From Verrucomicrobiota bacterium (GTDB lineage: Bacteria > Verrucomicrobiota > Verrucomicrobiia > Verrucomicrobiales > DEV007), in contig JASFYY010000100.1 of the NCBI GenBank assembly GCA_045046875.1, forward strand, positions 1-25,673: DNA of 25,673 nucleotides, in the 5' to 3' direction. A model generated the notes under the pieces. The model made no database searches. It saw nothing but the letters and a program-made list of their open reading frames with translations, and was not told the DNA's origin. Positions within the stretch are counted from its first letter, which is position 1, and each line of letters opens with the position of its first letter. Shown piece by piece: positions 17,306-25,673 of the stretch. The translations under genes were made by a program, and so were the position numbers.

Positions 17306-17354
17306 ATGAGGAATTAGGAAATTGGAACCACGAAGGGACACGAATGAACACTAA
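17306..17354. repeat. Short tandem repeats (3x7-mer, then 3x10-mer CACGAA-type) between dhaK and dhaL
   Basis: ATGAGGA ATTAGGA AATTGGA, then GAACCACGAA GGGACACGAA TGAACACTAA. Confidence 0.55.
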
Positions 17355-17377
17355 TAAGAGTTTTTATGGGTGAGGAA

Positions 17378-18418
17378 TTAAGCGCCCTGAGCTCCTTCTA
17401 GTTTGGTGTAACAGACGGATTGGCAGGATAGGTTCCAGTAGGTTTTCAGTTCGTCGTCGAGTTTGGTGAAGCTGAAGGAGATGCCGGTCATTTCCTGACA
17501 AGTGACCAGTGGTCCGACGATGACATCATAGATCTTGATGCCACGTTCACTGAGGATCTGTTTGGCTTTGCGCAGGGCAATGAGGCATTCCATCATGGTG
17601 GTGGCTCCGAGGCTGTTGACAAAAAGGATGATTTCATCTCCTTCGCCCAAAGCGTCGACGTCTTCGTCCGCTTCGAAATCCTTGAACAGATAGTCGAGCA
17701 TTTGTGGCACCAGTTCGTCGGTGGTGGTCATGGGGATTTCGCCCACGCCGGGCTCGCCGTGGATTCCCATGCCGAGGCCGATTTTATCGGGATCGATATC
17801 AAAAGTGGGTTTGCCGGTTGCCGGGATGGACCCCGGTGACATTGATACGCCGATCGAGCGGGTCATCAGGCAGGCTTTTTTGGCAGCCGTTTCGAGTTCT
17901 TCCAAGTTGTTCGCAGTTTGTGACGCAGCGCCCACCAGTTTGACGATGGGAACCAGGCCGGCGACTCCACGGCGGTTTTGTTTCTCCGTGGGCGGGGCGG
18001 AAGCGACGTCGTCGCAAATCAGCACGGTGCGCACGTCGATATCTTCATCCTCGGCCAGTTCGGCTCCGATGTCGAAGTTCATCACATCACCAGCGTAGTT
18101 GCCGTAGAGGTAAAGCACGCCTTTGCCTTGATCGACGGCTTCGGTGGCTTCGAAGACGATGCCTGGAGGCGGGGCGGCGAAGATGTCGCCGCAAGCAGCG
18201 CCATCAGCAAGGTTTTTTCCGACCAGTCCGTGGTAAATAGGTTCGTGACCACTGCCTCCACCAACCAGCAGCGCGACTTTTCCCTCGGGTATGTTTTTTA
18301 GCGCCAGAGAGCGCTGACCAACGGAGATGCAGTCGCCGTTGTAGGCATCGATCAGACCTTCGACCAGTTCGTCGGCTACTTTGAGAGGGTCATTGATGAG
18401 TTTTTTGAGTTCGCTCAT
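17378..18418 (-). CDS. dhaK: Dihydroxyacetone-kinase-family substrate-binding subunit (DhaK/Dak1)
   Basis: KKLIND, GGGSGHEP, GNYAGDVMNF, DDVASAP, RRGVAG and GMGIHGEPG. Confidence 0.9.
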   Translation of the reverse strand: MSELKKLINDPLKVADELVEGLIDAYNGDCISVGQRSLALKNIPEGKVALLVGGGSGHEPIYHGLVGKNLADGAACGDIFAAPPPGIVFEATEAVDQGKGVLYLYGNYAGDVMNFDIGAELAEDEDIDVRTVLICDDVASAPPTEKQNRRGVAGLVPIVKLVGAASQTANNLEELETAAKKACLMTRSIGVSMSPGSIPATGKPTFDIDPDKIGLGMGIHGEPGVGEIPMTTTDELVPQMLDYLFKDFEADEDVDALGEGDEIILFVNSLGATTMMECLIALRKAKQILSERGIKIYDVIVGPLVTCQEMTGISFSFTKLDDELKTYWNLSCQSVCYTKLEGAQGA

Positions 18419-18463
18419 GAGGTGAAAAATAGTGTGGGAAAAGGGTGCTTGAGGTGGGTGAAA

Positions 18464-18504
18464 TTTGTAACGCTATAAAAGACGTGGGAGCGGGGATTTG
18501 TCAA
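18464..18504 (-). promoter_or_regulatory. Putative promoter and operator of the dhaK operon
   Basis: Minus strand TTGACA (18504-18499) with a weak -10 about 18 nt downstream; imperfect palindrome TTTGTAAC|GCTATAAA (18464-18479) overlapping the -10/start region. Confidence 0.4.
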
Positions 18505-18584
18505 TGAATAAAGGAGCTGATTTAGGCCACAGTTGTTATAAGCGGCATGACAAAAAATGCGTGGGCTTGGGCGTCGGCTAAAGC

Positions 18585-18613
18585 TTGCATCGTTTTGGAT
18601 TCACTGATATTGA
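18585..18613 (+). promoter_or_regulatory. Possible sigma70 promoter of addBA
   Basis: TTGCAT-17 nt-TATTGA with a TG extension, 12 nt before the ATG. Confidence 0.3.
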
Positions 18614-18625
18614 GAGTCAAAATTT

Positions 18626-21600
18626 ATGACACCTGTAACATCGAGCATTGCCCCCAAACAAATTTTTCTCGATTGGAGGCGTCCGGTGGTGGACCTGGCG
18701 GTGGAGCATTTGCTGTCACAGGTGAAAACAGAGGCAGGAGATGCGGTGAGTTGGATTGATTTATCTGATTTGCTGGTGGTGGTACCGACGCGCAACGCCG
18801 GGCGACGCCTGCGTGAGGCTTTGGCCCTTGCGGTGGGAAAAGCGGGCGGCGGAGCGGGTTTGTTGCCCCCTCAGTTGCGGGTGCCGGAAGATTTTCTTAG
18901 CGAAGAGAATCCGACAACGCGGGTGGCGAGTTCCACTGCGGCGCAATTGGCATGGATCGAACAACTGAAAAACATCGACCTCGATGATTATGAAGTTTTG
19001 TTTCCGGTGAAACCACCGGAGCAAAGTTTTTCCTGGGCGGCCAAAGTGGCCAGTGAGCTGGCGCATGCTCGTTCGGCTCTGGCCGAGGGAGGTTTGTTGG
19101 CAAGGGATCTGCCGAATGGGGAAAAAGGCGACGAGTTGCCCGAACGCGAACGCTGGTTGGAGATTGCCAGACTGGAGGGCTTGGTGATTGAAGCTTTGGA
19201 CCAGGTGGGGTTGCAAGAGCCGGAAGCGGCAAAAATCACCGCAGCGCGTTGTTGGCAGGCTCCGGATGATGTGAGAAAAATTATTTTGATGGCACTGCCG
19301 GATCCGCTGCAACTGGCGATCGATGCGGTGATGGCCGGGGTGGGCAAGAGCCCAGTTGAGCTGGAGGTTTGCATTCATGCTCCGGAATCGATGGTAGAGG
19401 CGTTTGACGAGTGGGGTCAGCCGCAGGCGGAATTTTGGCAGCGGCACACTTTGCTTGAATTGAAAGATGATCACATTTTTCTGGCCGCTGATGCAGAAGG
19501 GCAAACCCAAGCGGTATTGAATTTCCTTCGTTCCCGTAGAGATCCAACGCAGATGGCGCAGCATGCGGTGGCGGTGGGCAGTGCGGACAGTGATGTGGTG
19601 CCGGTGCTCAAGCAGGCGCTGTTGGATGCGGGGGTGCAGGTGTTTGACCCCGACGGCGAGCCTTTTTGCAAACATTCGCTGTATCACTTTTTGGATAACT
19701 TTTGCAAAGTGCTGCGTGATGGGCGCTATCAGGACTTTCTTGAATTGTTAAGGAATCCCAGTTGGCTGGATTCTCTGGCCAAACGTTTTGAGGAGGAGCC
19801 GTCGCAAAGGGCGCAGGAGGGTCAAGATAAGAGTTATTTTGACCCGGCTGGAGTTTTGCAATCCTTTGATTCACTTTACGAAAGGGTTTTGCCGGGCAGT
19901 CTCGATGAAGCCATGCAGGCTCTTCGCCGTGACCATGAGCGTGATGAATCCTATCACCGGCCCTTGCCCGGGCAGTGGGTAGTGGCCGATGTGGTTTCCG
20001 GGTTGCTTGAAAATTTCAAGAAACAGTCCTTTGCCGAGGCATTCGCGGCTTTATTGGAGGAATGGCTGGGAGGCCGTCAAGTGCGGGCGGACGAAGCGGA
20101 AGCTCTTTTGTTGCCAGCGATTGCTGAACGCAGCCGTCATCTGGCTGGGGAAATGAGCCAGGTTCTGGGGCAGGGGGCTCATTTTGATCCGGCGGATTTA
20201 TTTGATCTGATTTTGCAGAGCCTAGCCAGCTTGCGCTATTATCCCGGAGATCGCCACGCGAGTGATTTGGAGCTGCAGGGGTGGTTGGAGTTGCCTTGGG
20301 AGAGTGCGGAGGATTTGGTGATCAGTGGATTTAATGACGGGCTGGTTCCGGCCGCAGTGGTGGGGGATATGTTCCTGCCGGAGTCGGCGAGGAATCTATT
20401 GGGGCTGAAAAACAACGAGCAGCGTTTTGCCCGCGATTTGTATTTGTTGGAATCGATGTTGAGTTGGCGATTACAGGGTGAGCATTCGGTGCAAGTGGTG
20501 GTAGGCAAGGTGACTTCGAGCGGGGATTTGCTCAAGCCTTCGAGGTTGTTGTTTCAGTGTGTGGACGAGGATCTGCCTCAGCGCGCCTTGCGCCTGTTTG
20601 CCGGAGATGCTGATGCCAGTGGCGCGGAGAAATCGGTTTCAGCTTGGACCCTGAGCTGGAAACTGCAGCCGCCTTTTGACCGTGAGTATTTGTTGCAACA
20701 CTTGCCAAAAACCATATCCGCAACCAGTTTCAGTGGTTTTTTAACTTGTCCCTTTCGTTTTATTCTCAAGCGCATGCTGCGGATGGAGGAGGTGAACTGT
20801 AAAAAGATGGAAATGGATGCGCGGGATTTTGGCAATTTGTGTCACCGGGCACTGGAGGTTTTGTCTGCCGGGTCAAGTTTGGCTGAAGAAACAAGTTATG
20901 AGGTGGTGTATCAAGCTTTGGTGGATTCCTTGCATCAGCAGGTGAAGACGTTTTATGGCGAGCAGCCTACCGCGACTATCCTGTTGCAGGCTGAGGTGGC
21001 GAGCAACCGTTTGCAGCTAGCTGCGCGGCATCACGTTGCTGCATTAAAAGATGGTTGGGAAGTGGTGGCCACGGAGAAAATATTTGGTAAAGAAGATGGA
21101 GAATGGTTGCTGGCGGGCATGCCGGTGACCGGCACGATTGATCGGATTGAAAAAAACGAAGCAGGTTGTTATCGTTTGATTGATTACAAAACATCAAGCA
21201 AAGCCAGTTCCGCCTTTGAGGCTCATTTGCAGCCCTTGCCGCGTGGCAAGGCGGAGGAGGACTATCCCGAATGGTTGACCTATGAACTGCCTGAGGATGG
21301 TAAAATCTATCGCTGGGTTAATTTGCAACTGCCGGTGTATGCCTTGTGGGCGGAACAACATCTGGCCGCCGAAGCGGGCAAGGGTTTGGTGGATTGCGCT
21401 TATGTGAATCTGCCCAAGGCCTTGAGCGAGGGGGGCTACGATGGTTGGCCGGGAGGGATGGATTCTGTTTTGTTGCGTTCGGCCCAGGCTTGTGCGGTGG
21501 GGGTGATCGAGCAGGTGAAAAAAGGACATTTCTGGCCGCCGACGGACAAGGTGAAATACGATGACTTTGAGAGTCTGGGTTTTCCGAATTTTATCGACAG

Positions 21601-21676
21601 CCTGGATTGGGATGCTTTTAGCGAAGTTTTTGCGAATGCGGATTTTTTGAATGAGGAGAAAGGAGCTGGTCAATGA
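18626..21676 (+). CDS. addB: AddB/RexB-like subunit: inactive helicase-like region + PD-(D/E)XK nuclease
   Basis: VVVPTRNAGRRL, GWLEL, ISATSF..F..CPFRF, FGNLCH..LE, GTIDRIE..LIDYKT, LQLPVYA. ATGA overlap with addA. Confidence 0.8.
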   Translation: MTPVTSSIAPKQIFLDWRRPVVDLAVEHLLSQVKTEAGDAVSWIDLSDLLVVVPTRNAGRRLREALALAVGKAGGGAGLLPPQLRVPEDFLSEENPTTRVASSTAAQLAWIEQLKNIDLDDYEVLFPVKPPEQSFSWAAKVASELAHARSALAEGGLLARDLPNGEKGDELPERERWLEIARLEGLVIEALDQVGLQEPEAAKITAARCWQAPDDVRKIILMALPDPLQLAIDAVMAGVGKSPVELEVCIHAPESMVEAFDEWGQPQAEFWQRHTLLELKDDHIFLAADAEGQTQAVLNFLRSRRDPTQMAQHAVAVGSADSDVVPVLKQALLDAGVQVFDPDGEPFCKHSLYHFLDNFCKVLRDGRYQDFLELLRNPSWLDSLAKRFEEEPSQRAQEGQDKSYFDPAGVLQSFDSLYERVLPGSLDEAMQALRRDHERDESYHRPLPGQWVVADVVSGLLENFKKQSFAEAFAALLEEWLGGRQVRADEAEALLLPAIAERSRHLAGEMSQVLGQGAHFDPADLFDLILQSLASLRYYPGDRHASDLELQGWLELPWESAEDLVISGFNDGLVPAAVVGDMFLPESARNLLGLKNNEQRFARDLYLLESMLSWRLQGEHSVQVVVGKVTSSGDLLKPSRLLFQCVDEDLPQRALRLFAGDADASGAEKSVSAWTLSWKLQPPFDREYLLQHLPKTISATSFSGFLTCPFRFILKRMLRMEEVNCKKMEMDARDFGNLCHRALEVLSAGSSLAEETSYEVVYQALVDSLHQQVKTFYGEQPTATILLQAEVASNRLQLAARHHVAALKDGWEVVATEKIFGKEDGEWLLAGMPVTGTIDRIEKNEAGCYRLIDYKTSSKASSAFEAHLQPLPRGKAEEDYPEWLTYELPEDGKIYRWVNLQLPVYALWAEQHLAAEAGKGLVDCAYVNLPKALSEGGYDGWPGGMDSVLLRSAQACAVGVIEQVKKGHFWPPTDKVKYDDFESLGFPNFIDSLDWDAFSEVFANADFLNEEKGAGQ

Positions 21677-24600
21677 GCACTGAAATGACAAAAATATCGA
21701 GTGAGATCATTGAGGCCTCGGCGGGTTCGGGCAAAACCTACGCGCTCACCAATCGATTCATCAAGCTGATGGCTTTTGGGGTGCCGGCGGACCGGATCGT
21801 GGCGCTGACTTTTACGGTTAAAGCGGCGGGTGAGTTTTTTGATGCCATTCTGGAGAAATTGGCCAAGGCTGCCGGGGATGAGGTGGCGGCGGCTCAATTG
21901 GCAAAAGAGTTGGAGCGAGTGGATTTTTCCCAACGGGATTTCTTGTGTTTGTTGAAAGATCTGACCCGTGGTTTGCACCGTTTGTCACTGGGTACCCTGG
22001 ACAGTTTTTTTGTCCGGGTGGTGGGAGCTTTTCCGCTGGAATTTGGTTTGGGCGGAGAGTTTTCGATGATGGTGGAAAAACCAAAGATCGAAGCCGTGCG
22101 GGCACGGGTGGCTGAGCAGGTTTTCCGTCAGGTGGTGAAGGATCAACAGGGGCTGGATGAGTTTTTGGCAGCTTTCAAGCAAGCGACCTTTGGGATCGAA
22201 GAGAATAGCTTTTTTAGGAACCTTGATAAATTTGTCGAGGATTACCAGAAGCTTTACCTGGATGTGCCGGGCGAGCAGAAGTGGGGAGATGCGGCCGCTA
22301 TTTGGCCGCGCGGGAAATGGGCCTTACAAGGGGACGGGCGAGCTGAATTAAATCAGGCTGTGGGAAAATTGGCTCTGCTGGCGCCGGAGCTGGGGTCGGA
22401 GGACAAACAACAAAAAAGGTGGCAGGCGTTTTTTGAGGACACAAAAAAGATTGTGCCCGGCATGGCTTTGCCTAAAGCCGTGAATTATTTGACCGATAAT
22501 TTTTTGCTACAATGGGATGAGCTCAAGGCCGGTGAAGCACGGATCACGATCGAGCGCAAAAAAATCGAATTTGATGCGATTACTTGTCAGGCGGTGGTGG
22601 ATTTTGTCGAGGCAGTGATGGCGATGAATATCGCCGCCAAGCTGAAACGTACCCACGGAGTGTGGAAAGTTATTGATGCTTATGAAAAGTGTTATAATGA
22701 GAATGTGAGGCGGCGTGGGCAATTGCAATTCGAGGATGTGGCACGGGTGATGGGGGGTGAGAACGGATTGTATGAAGGGGCTGAAAATGGAGTGAGCTTT
22801 GAGTTGGCTTACCGCCTGGATGCGCAGTTTGATCATTGGTTGCTGGATGAATTCCAGGATACCAGTCGGGTTCAGTGGCGCGCGATCAAGGAGCTGGTGG
22901 ATGAAGTGGTGCAGGATAGCGAGGGGCGGCGTTCTTATTTTCAGGTGGGCGATACCAAGCAGTCGATTTATGGTTGGCGCGGCGGTGATCCCAAATTGTT
23001 TGGCGAGGTGTTGGAGCAATACCGTAATGGGGTGGAAGTCAGTTCACTGTCGGTTTCCTATCGTTCCGGGCCAGCGGTGATAGAGACGGTTAATCAGGTT
23101 TTCGGAGCACGGGATGTTTTGAAACAATGGCTGCCGGACGAATCGGTCGAGGCTTTTCATTGGCAGGATCACGCTTGCTCGGATAAAACGGCGCAGCTGC
23201 CGGCTTTTGCCGCGCTGTGGCATCCCGATGTGGCCAAAGCGAAAGAGGAGGAGGTGTTGGATTTGATGGTGGAGACGGTGAAGGAAATCGACCCTATTGG
23301 GCGGGGGCTTTCCTGTGCGATTTTGTGCCGGGGGGGAGTTATGCTGAACAAGGTGATGGATCGTTTGCGCGAGGCGGGCATCGACGAAGTGGACGGAGGA
23401 GCCAAATCATCCATTGCTGACGACAATCCTGTGACCTTGTCGCTGTTGTCTTTGATCAAGCTGACGGGGCATCCCGGAGATCGTTTTGCTGCAGGGCATT
23501 TGAAGATGACACCGGTCGGTGAGTGGATGCAGGGTGAAGGGGTGTCGATGAAGCGTTTGGCGCTGGATAGTTTGAGATTGATTCATACCGAGGGTTATGA
23601 AGCTTTGGTTGAGTTGTGGGCGCAACGTTTTGCTGCAGCGGGAAACTTGCAGGATGATTTTGCTCTTCAACGGATGGGAGAACTTCAGGATTTGGCGAGA
23701 CTTTTTGATCAGGACGGGGGGCGATCAGTGGATCTGTTCCTTGATTTTGTGAAAGGCAAAAAAGTGAAGGCTGTGGCTTCGAGTAAAGCGATCCAGGTGA
23801 TGACGATTCATGGATCCAAGGGGCTTGGTTTTGATGTGGTGATTCTGCCGGAGTTGATTGGAGGTAATAAAAATCTCACCAGTGTGGACAGCGGTTTGAG
23901 TCAGGGGGGGGATGAGGATGAACCCTGGGTTCTGGATTTGCCGAGTAAGGTTTTCCAGCAATTGGATCCGGTTTTGAGACGACATTTGGAGGGTTTGCAG
24001 GCAGCATCGGGTTTTGAGTCTTTGTGTGTGTTGTATGTGGCGATGACACGCGCCAAACAAGGTTTGTATATGTTGGCTCCGTCTTACGGTTCGTCGACGG
24101 CATTGAATTTTCTCGCGCTGCTGGAGGCCACTTTGAGGGAGGAGGGGCAAGGTGACGAACGTCGATCTACCCTTGTGGGTTCGTGCGAGGCGCTGATCTC
24201 TTACACCTGCGGTGAGCGTCAGTGGTATGAAGGGCATGCGCTGATTTCCCGGGATTCAACGGTCACACAGGATTCGGGAGAAACTCCGCCAACTGATTTG
24301 CCAATAGAGCTTGGTCTGGGATCCAAACGAGAGCGGCATCGCACCCCCTCGGAACATAAACAAAGTTCTTATGGTGCGGAAACCCTGTTTTCAGTAGGCG
24401 GGGCTGTAGCTCGTGATTTTGGTAATGAAGTGCACGCGGTGTTTGAGCAGATCGATTGGATTGGCCTGGATCAGAATGTGGAGACGGTGTTGCAGCAGAT
24501 CGATGCCGGGGAAGAAGTGCTGACACATGTGAATCAGGCTTTGCAGCATGAGAGCATTGCGGGCCTGTTTGATAAAGGAGATGCCCAGGTAGAGCTTTGG

Positions 24601-24924
24601 CGTGAGAAGGCTTTTGAGTTGCTGTTGGAGGGAGAATGGATTTCGGGTATATTTGACCGCGTGGTTTTGCGGCGGGATGCGGCAAGTGGAACTTTGTTGT
24701 CTGCGGATATTATTGATTACAAAACCAGCCGTGTGGAGGAGGGGGAAGAGATCGCTGCGGAGGCGGAGGTCTATCGAACACAGATGACGGCTTACCGCGA
24801 AGCCTTGGGTAAACTGACGGGTTTGCAGGAAGGGGCGATTCGTTGTTTGTTGGTTTTTACTCGTCCCGGGGTGGTGGTGAAATTTGATTTTCTCGCAAAG
24901 ACGCAAAGAATCGCCAAGGAGTAA
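21673..24924 (+). CDS. addA: AddA/UvrD-family ATP-dependent helicase-nuclease
   Basis: ASAGSGKT, LTFT.KAA, LLDEFQDTS, VGDTKQSIYGWRG, SYRS, MTIHGSKGLGF, LYVAMTRAK; nuclease GIFDRV..IIDYKT..QM.AY. Confidence 0.9.
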   Translation: MSTEMTKISSEIIEASAGSGKTYALTNRFIKLMAFGVPADRIVALTFTVKAAGEFFDAILEKLAKAAGDEVAAAQLAKELERVDFSQRDFLCLLKDLTRGLHRLSLGTLDSFFVRVVGAFPLEFGLGGEFSMMVEKPKIEAVRARVAEQVFRQVVKDQQGLDEFLAAFKQATFGIEENSFFRNLDKFVEDYQKLYLDVPGEQKWGDAAAIWPRGKWALQGDGRAELNQAVGKLALLAPELGSEDKQQKRWQAFFEDTKKIVPGMALPKAVNYLTDNFLLQWDELKAGEARITIERKKIEFDAITCQAVVDFVEAVMAMNIAAKLKRTHGVWKVIDAYEKCYNENVRRRGQLQFEDVARVMGGENGLYEGAENGVSFELAYRLDAQFDHWLLDEFQDTSRVQWRAIKELVDEVVQDSEGRRSYFQVGDTKQSIYGWRGGDPKLFGEVLEQYRNGVEVSSLSVSYRSGPAVIETVNQVFGARDVLKQWLPDESVEAFHWQDHACSDKTAQLPAFAALWHPDVAKAKEEEVLDLMVETVKEIDPIGRGLSCAILCRGGVMLNKVMDRLREAGIDEVDGGAKSSIADDNPVTLSLLSLIKLTGHPGDRFAAGHLKMTPVGEWMQGEGVSMKRLALDSLRLIHTEGYEALVELWAQRFAAAGNLQDDFALQRMGELQDLARLFDQDGGRSVDLFLDFVKGKKVKAVASSKAIQVMTIHGSKGLGFDVVILPELIGGNKNLTSVDSGLSQGGDEDEPWVLDLPSKVFQQLDPVLRRHLEGLQAASGFESLCVLYVAMTRAKQGLYMLAPSYGSSTALNFLALLEATLREEGQGDERRSTLVGSCEALISYTCGERQWYEGHALISRDSTVTQDSGETPPTDLPIELGLGSKRERHRTPSEHKQSSYGAETLFSVGGAVARDFGNEVHAVFEQIDWIGLDQNVETVLQQIDAGEEVLTHVNQALQHESIAGLFDKGDAQVELWREKAFELLLEGEWISGIFDRVVLRRDAASGTLLSADIIDYKTSRVEEGEEIAAEAEVYRTQMTAYREALGKLTGLQEGAIRCLLVFTRPGVVVKFDFLAKTQRIAKE
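24893..24918. repeat. CGCAAAG-type short tandem repeat inside the addA 3' end
   Basis: TCGCAAAG ACGCAAAG AATCGCCAAG. Confidence 0.5.
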
Positions 24925-24928
24925 AAGA

Positions 24929-25279
24929 ATGAATGTTGAGAGTGCCAGAGAGGTGTTGTTGAAGAAGGCGCAGGTGTCGGAAGAGACACCTTTTGGGCCG
25001 GATGTTTTGGTTTACAAGGTGGGTGGCAAGATGTTTGCCTTACTGACCATAGAGGAAGTGCCGGTGCGGATGAATCTGAAATGCGATCCGGAGCGGGCCT
25101 TGGATTTGCGTGATCGGCACCAGGGGATTATTCCCGGTTATCACATGAATAAAAAACACTGGAATACTCTGGTGTTGGATCAAACCCTGCCAAAGCCGCT
25201 GATCGAAGAGCTGATCGATCATTCGTATGACCTGGTTTTTGCTTCGCTGACGAAGAAGGTGCGGGAGAGTTTGGAATGA
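24929..25279 (+). CDS. MmcQ/YjbR-family DNA-binding protein
   Basis: PFGPDVLVYKVGGKMFAL, NLKCDPE, PGYHMNKKHW, LIDHSYDLV. Start re-called at ATG 24929 with AAGGAG RBS. Confidence 0.92.
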   Translation: MNVESAREVLLKKAQVSEETPFGPDVLVYKVGGKMFALLTIEEVPVRMNLKCDPERALDLRDRHQGIIPGYHMNKKHWNTLVLDQTLPKPLIEELIDHSYDLVFASLTKKVRESLE

Positions 25280-25590
25280 GGGAAGCGCGAAGTCATTTTT
25301 TATTACCGTTTGGTAATGAAATATGATTGATCTTGTCTCATCTAGTCAAGCTTACTCCGGGGGTGAAGTGCCGCTTGATTTTGCAAAGATTCTTGAGCGT
25401 GGAAATTCCTGCAATGATTGAAGCACTTCACTCCATCGCCGACCATCAGCTGATGGGGGTGGTTCGCTGGGATCGGAAAAAAGATTCGCTGGCTTTTGAC
25501 AAAGGTCAATGAAATCGGTCATGATGAGCAGGGAAAGGGTGCAGGACAAAATAGTTAAGCTCTGACCATTATGAGTTTCGCCCTTGCAGG

Positions 25591-25673
25591 CATACGCGTC
25601 AACTTAAGTGGCTTTTTTTTCTTTTTTAGAGAGCAACGATTTACTAGGCTTTACGCGTTTCAATATAAAGGTA
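25591..25673 (+). mobile_element. Left end of an IS4-family (IS231-like) insertion sequence; truncated by the window edge
   Basis: Terminal repeat CATACGCGTCAACTTAAG (25591-25608). The inner sequence differs from the 1-95 end, so it is the opposite end. Possible inward promoter TTTACT-18 nt-TATAAA (25640-25669). Confidence 0.75.

Noticed and set aside
18419..18625. LexA box upstream of addBA
   Set aside because: No TGTTC-N4-GAACA (Verrucomicrobia-type, as I recall it) or CTGT-N8-ACAG seen.
18626..24924. Helicase + nuclease pair as an anti-phage system or Cas4-like module
   Set aside because: Size, order and motifs fit housekeeping AddAB; no cas genes or array.
25293..25327. Imperfect hairpin (ATTACC-GTTT-GGTAAT core) after yjbR as a terminator
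   Set aside because: AT-rich weak stem with no U-tract on the plus strand; cannot be supported.
25327..25549. Short ORFs of 61 aa (+) and 65 aa (-)
   Set aside because: No recognisable motifs or clear RBS; may be non-coding or a remnant.
1..25673. CRISPR array, tRNA, rRNA or integron attC array
   Set aside because: No regularly spaced repeat-spacer units, cloverleaf, rRNA-like sequence or convincing attC sites seen; all intergenic gaps are short.

Overview
Chromosomal segment of a PVC-superphylum bacterium, most likely Verrucomicrobiota (inferred from the gene families present). Both window edges are ends of an IS4-family (IS231-like) element in the same orientation: a transposase C-terminus and right inverted repeat at 1-95, and a left inverted repeat from 25591. 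Both ends abut the same kind of short palindromic REP-like hairpin (CCTTnnAGG). Between them lie: (i) a minus-strand run of exported-protein genes (DUF1080-ceramidase-like fusion, Tat ceramidase-like protein, PVC-type heme-c protein, PQQ-like propeller) followed by a methyltransferase and a small lipoprotein; (ii) a secreted GHL10-type glycoside hydrolase; (iii) an AT-rich islet with a secreted orphan gene and a solitary AbrB-type antitoxin followed by a possible toxin relic; (iv) an acetolactate decarboxylase with a lipoprotein-like signal; (v) an excisionase-HTH/receiver regulator behind an attenuator-like leader; (vi) a dhaK-dhaL-lsrF-TIM-barrel isomerase operon that may encode an undescribed carbohydrate or AI-2-like catabolic route; (vii) addB-addA-mmcQ/yjbR. 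All family calls come from motif recognition by eye; no searches were run.
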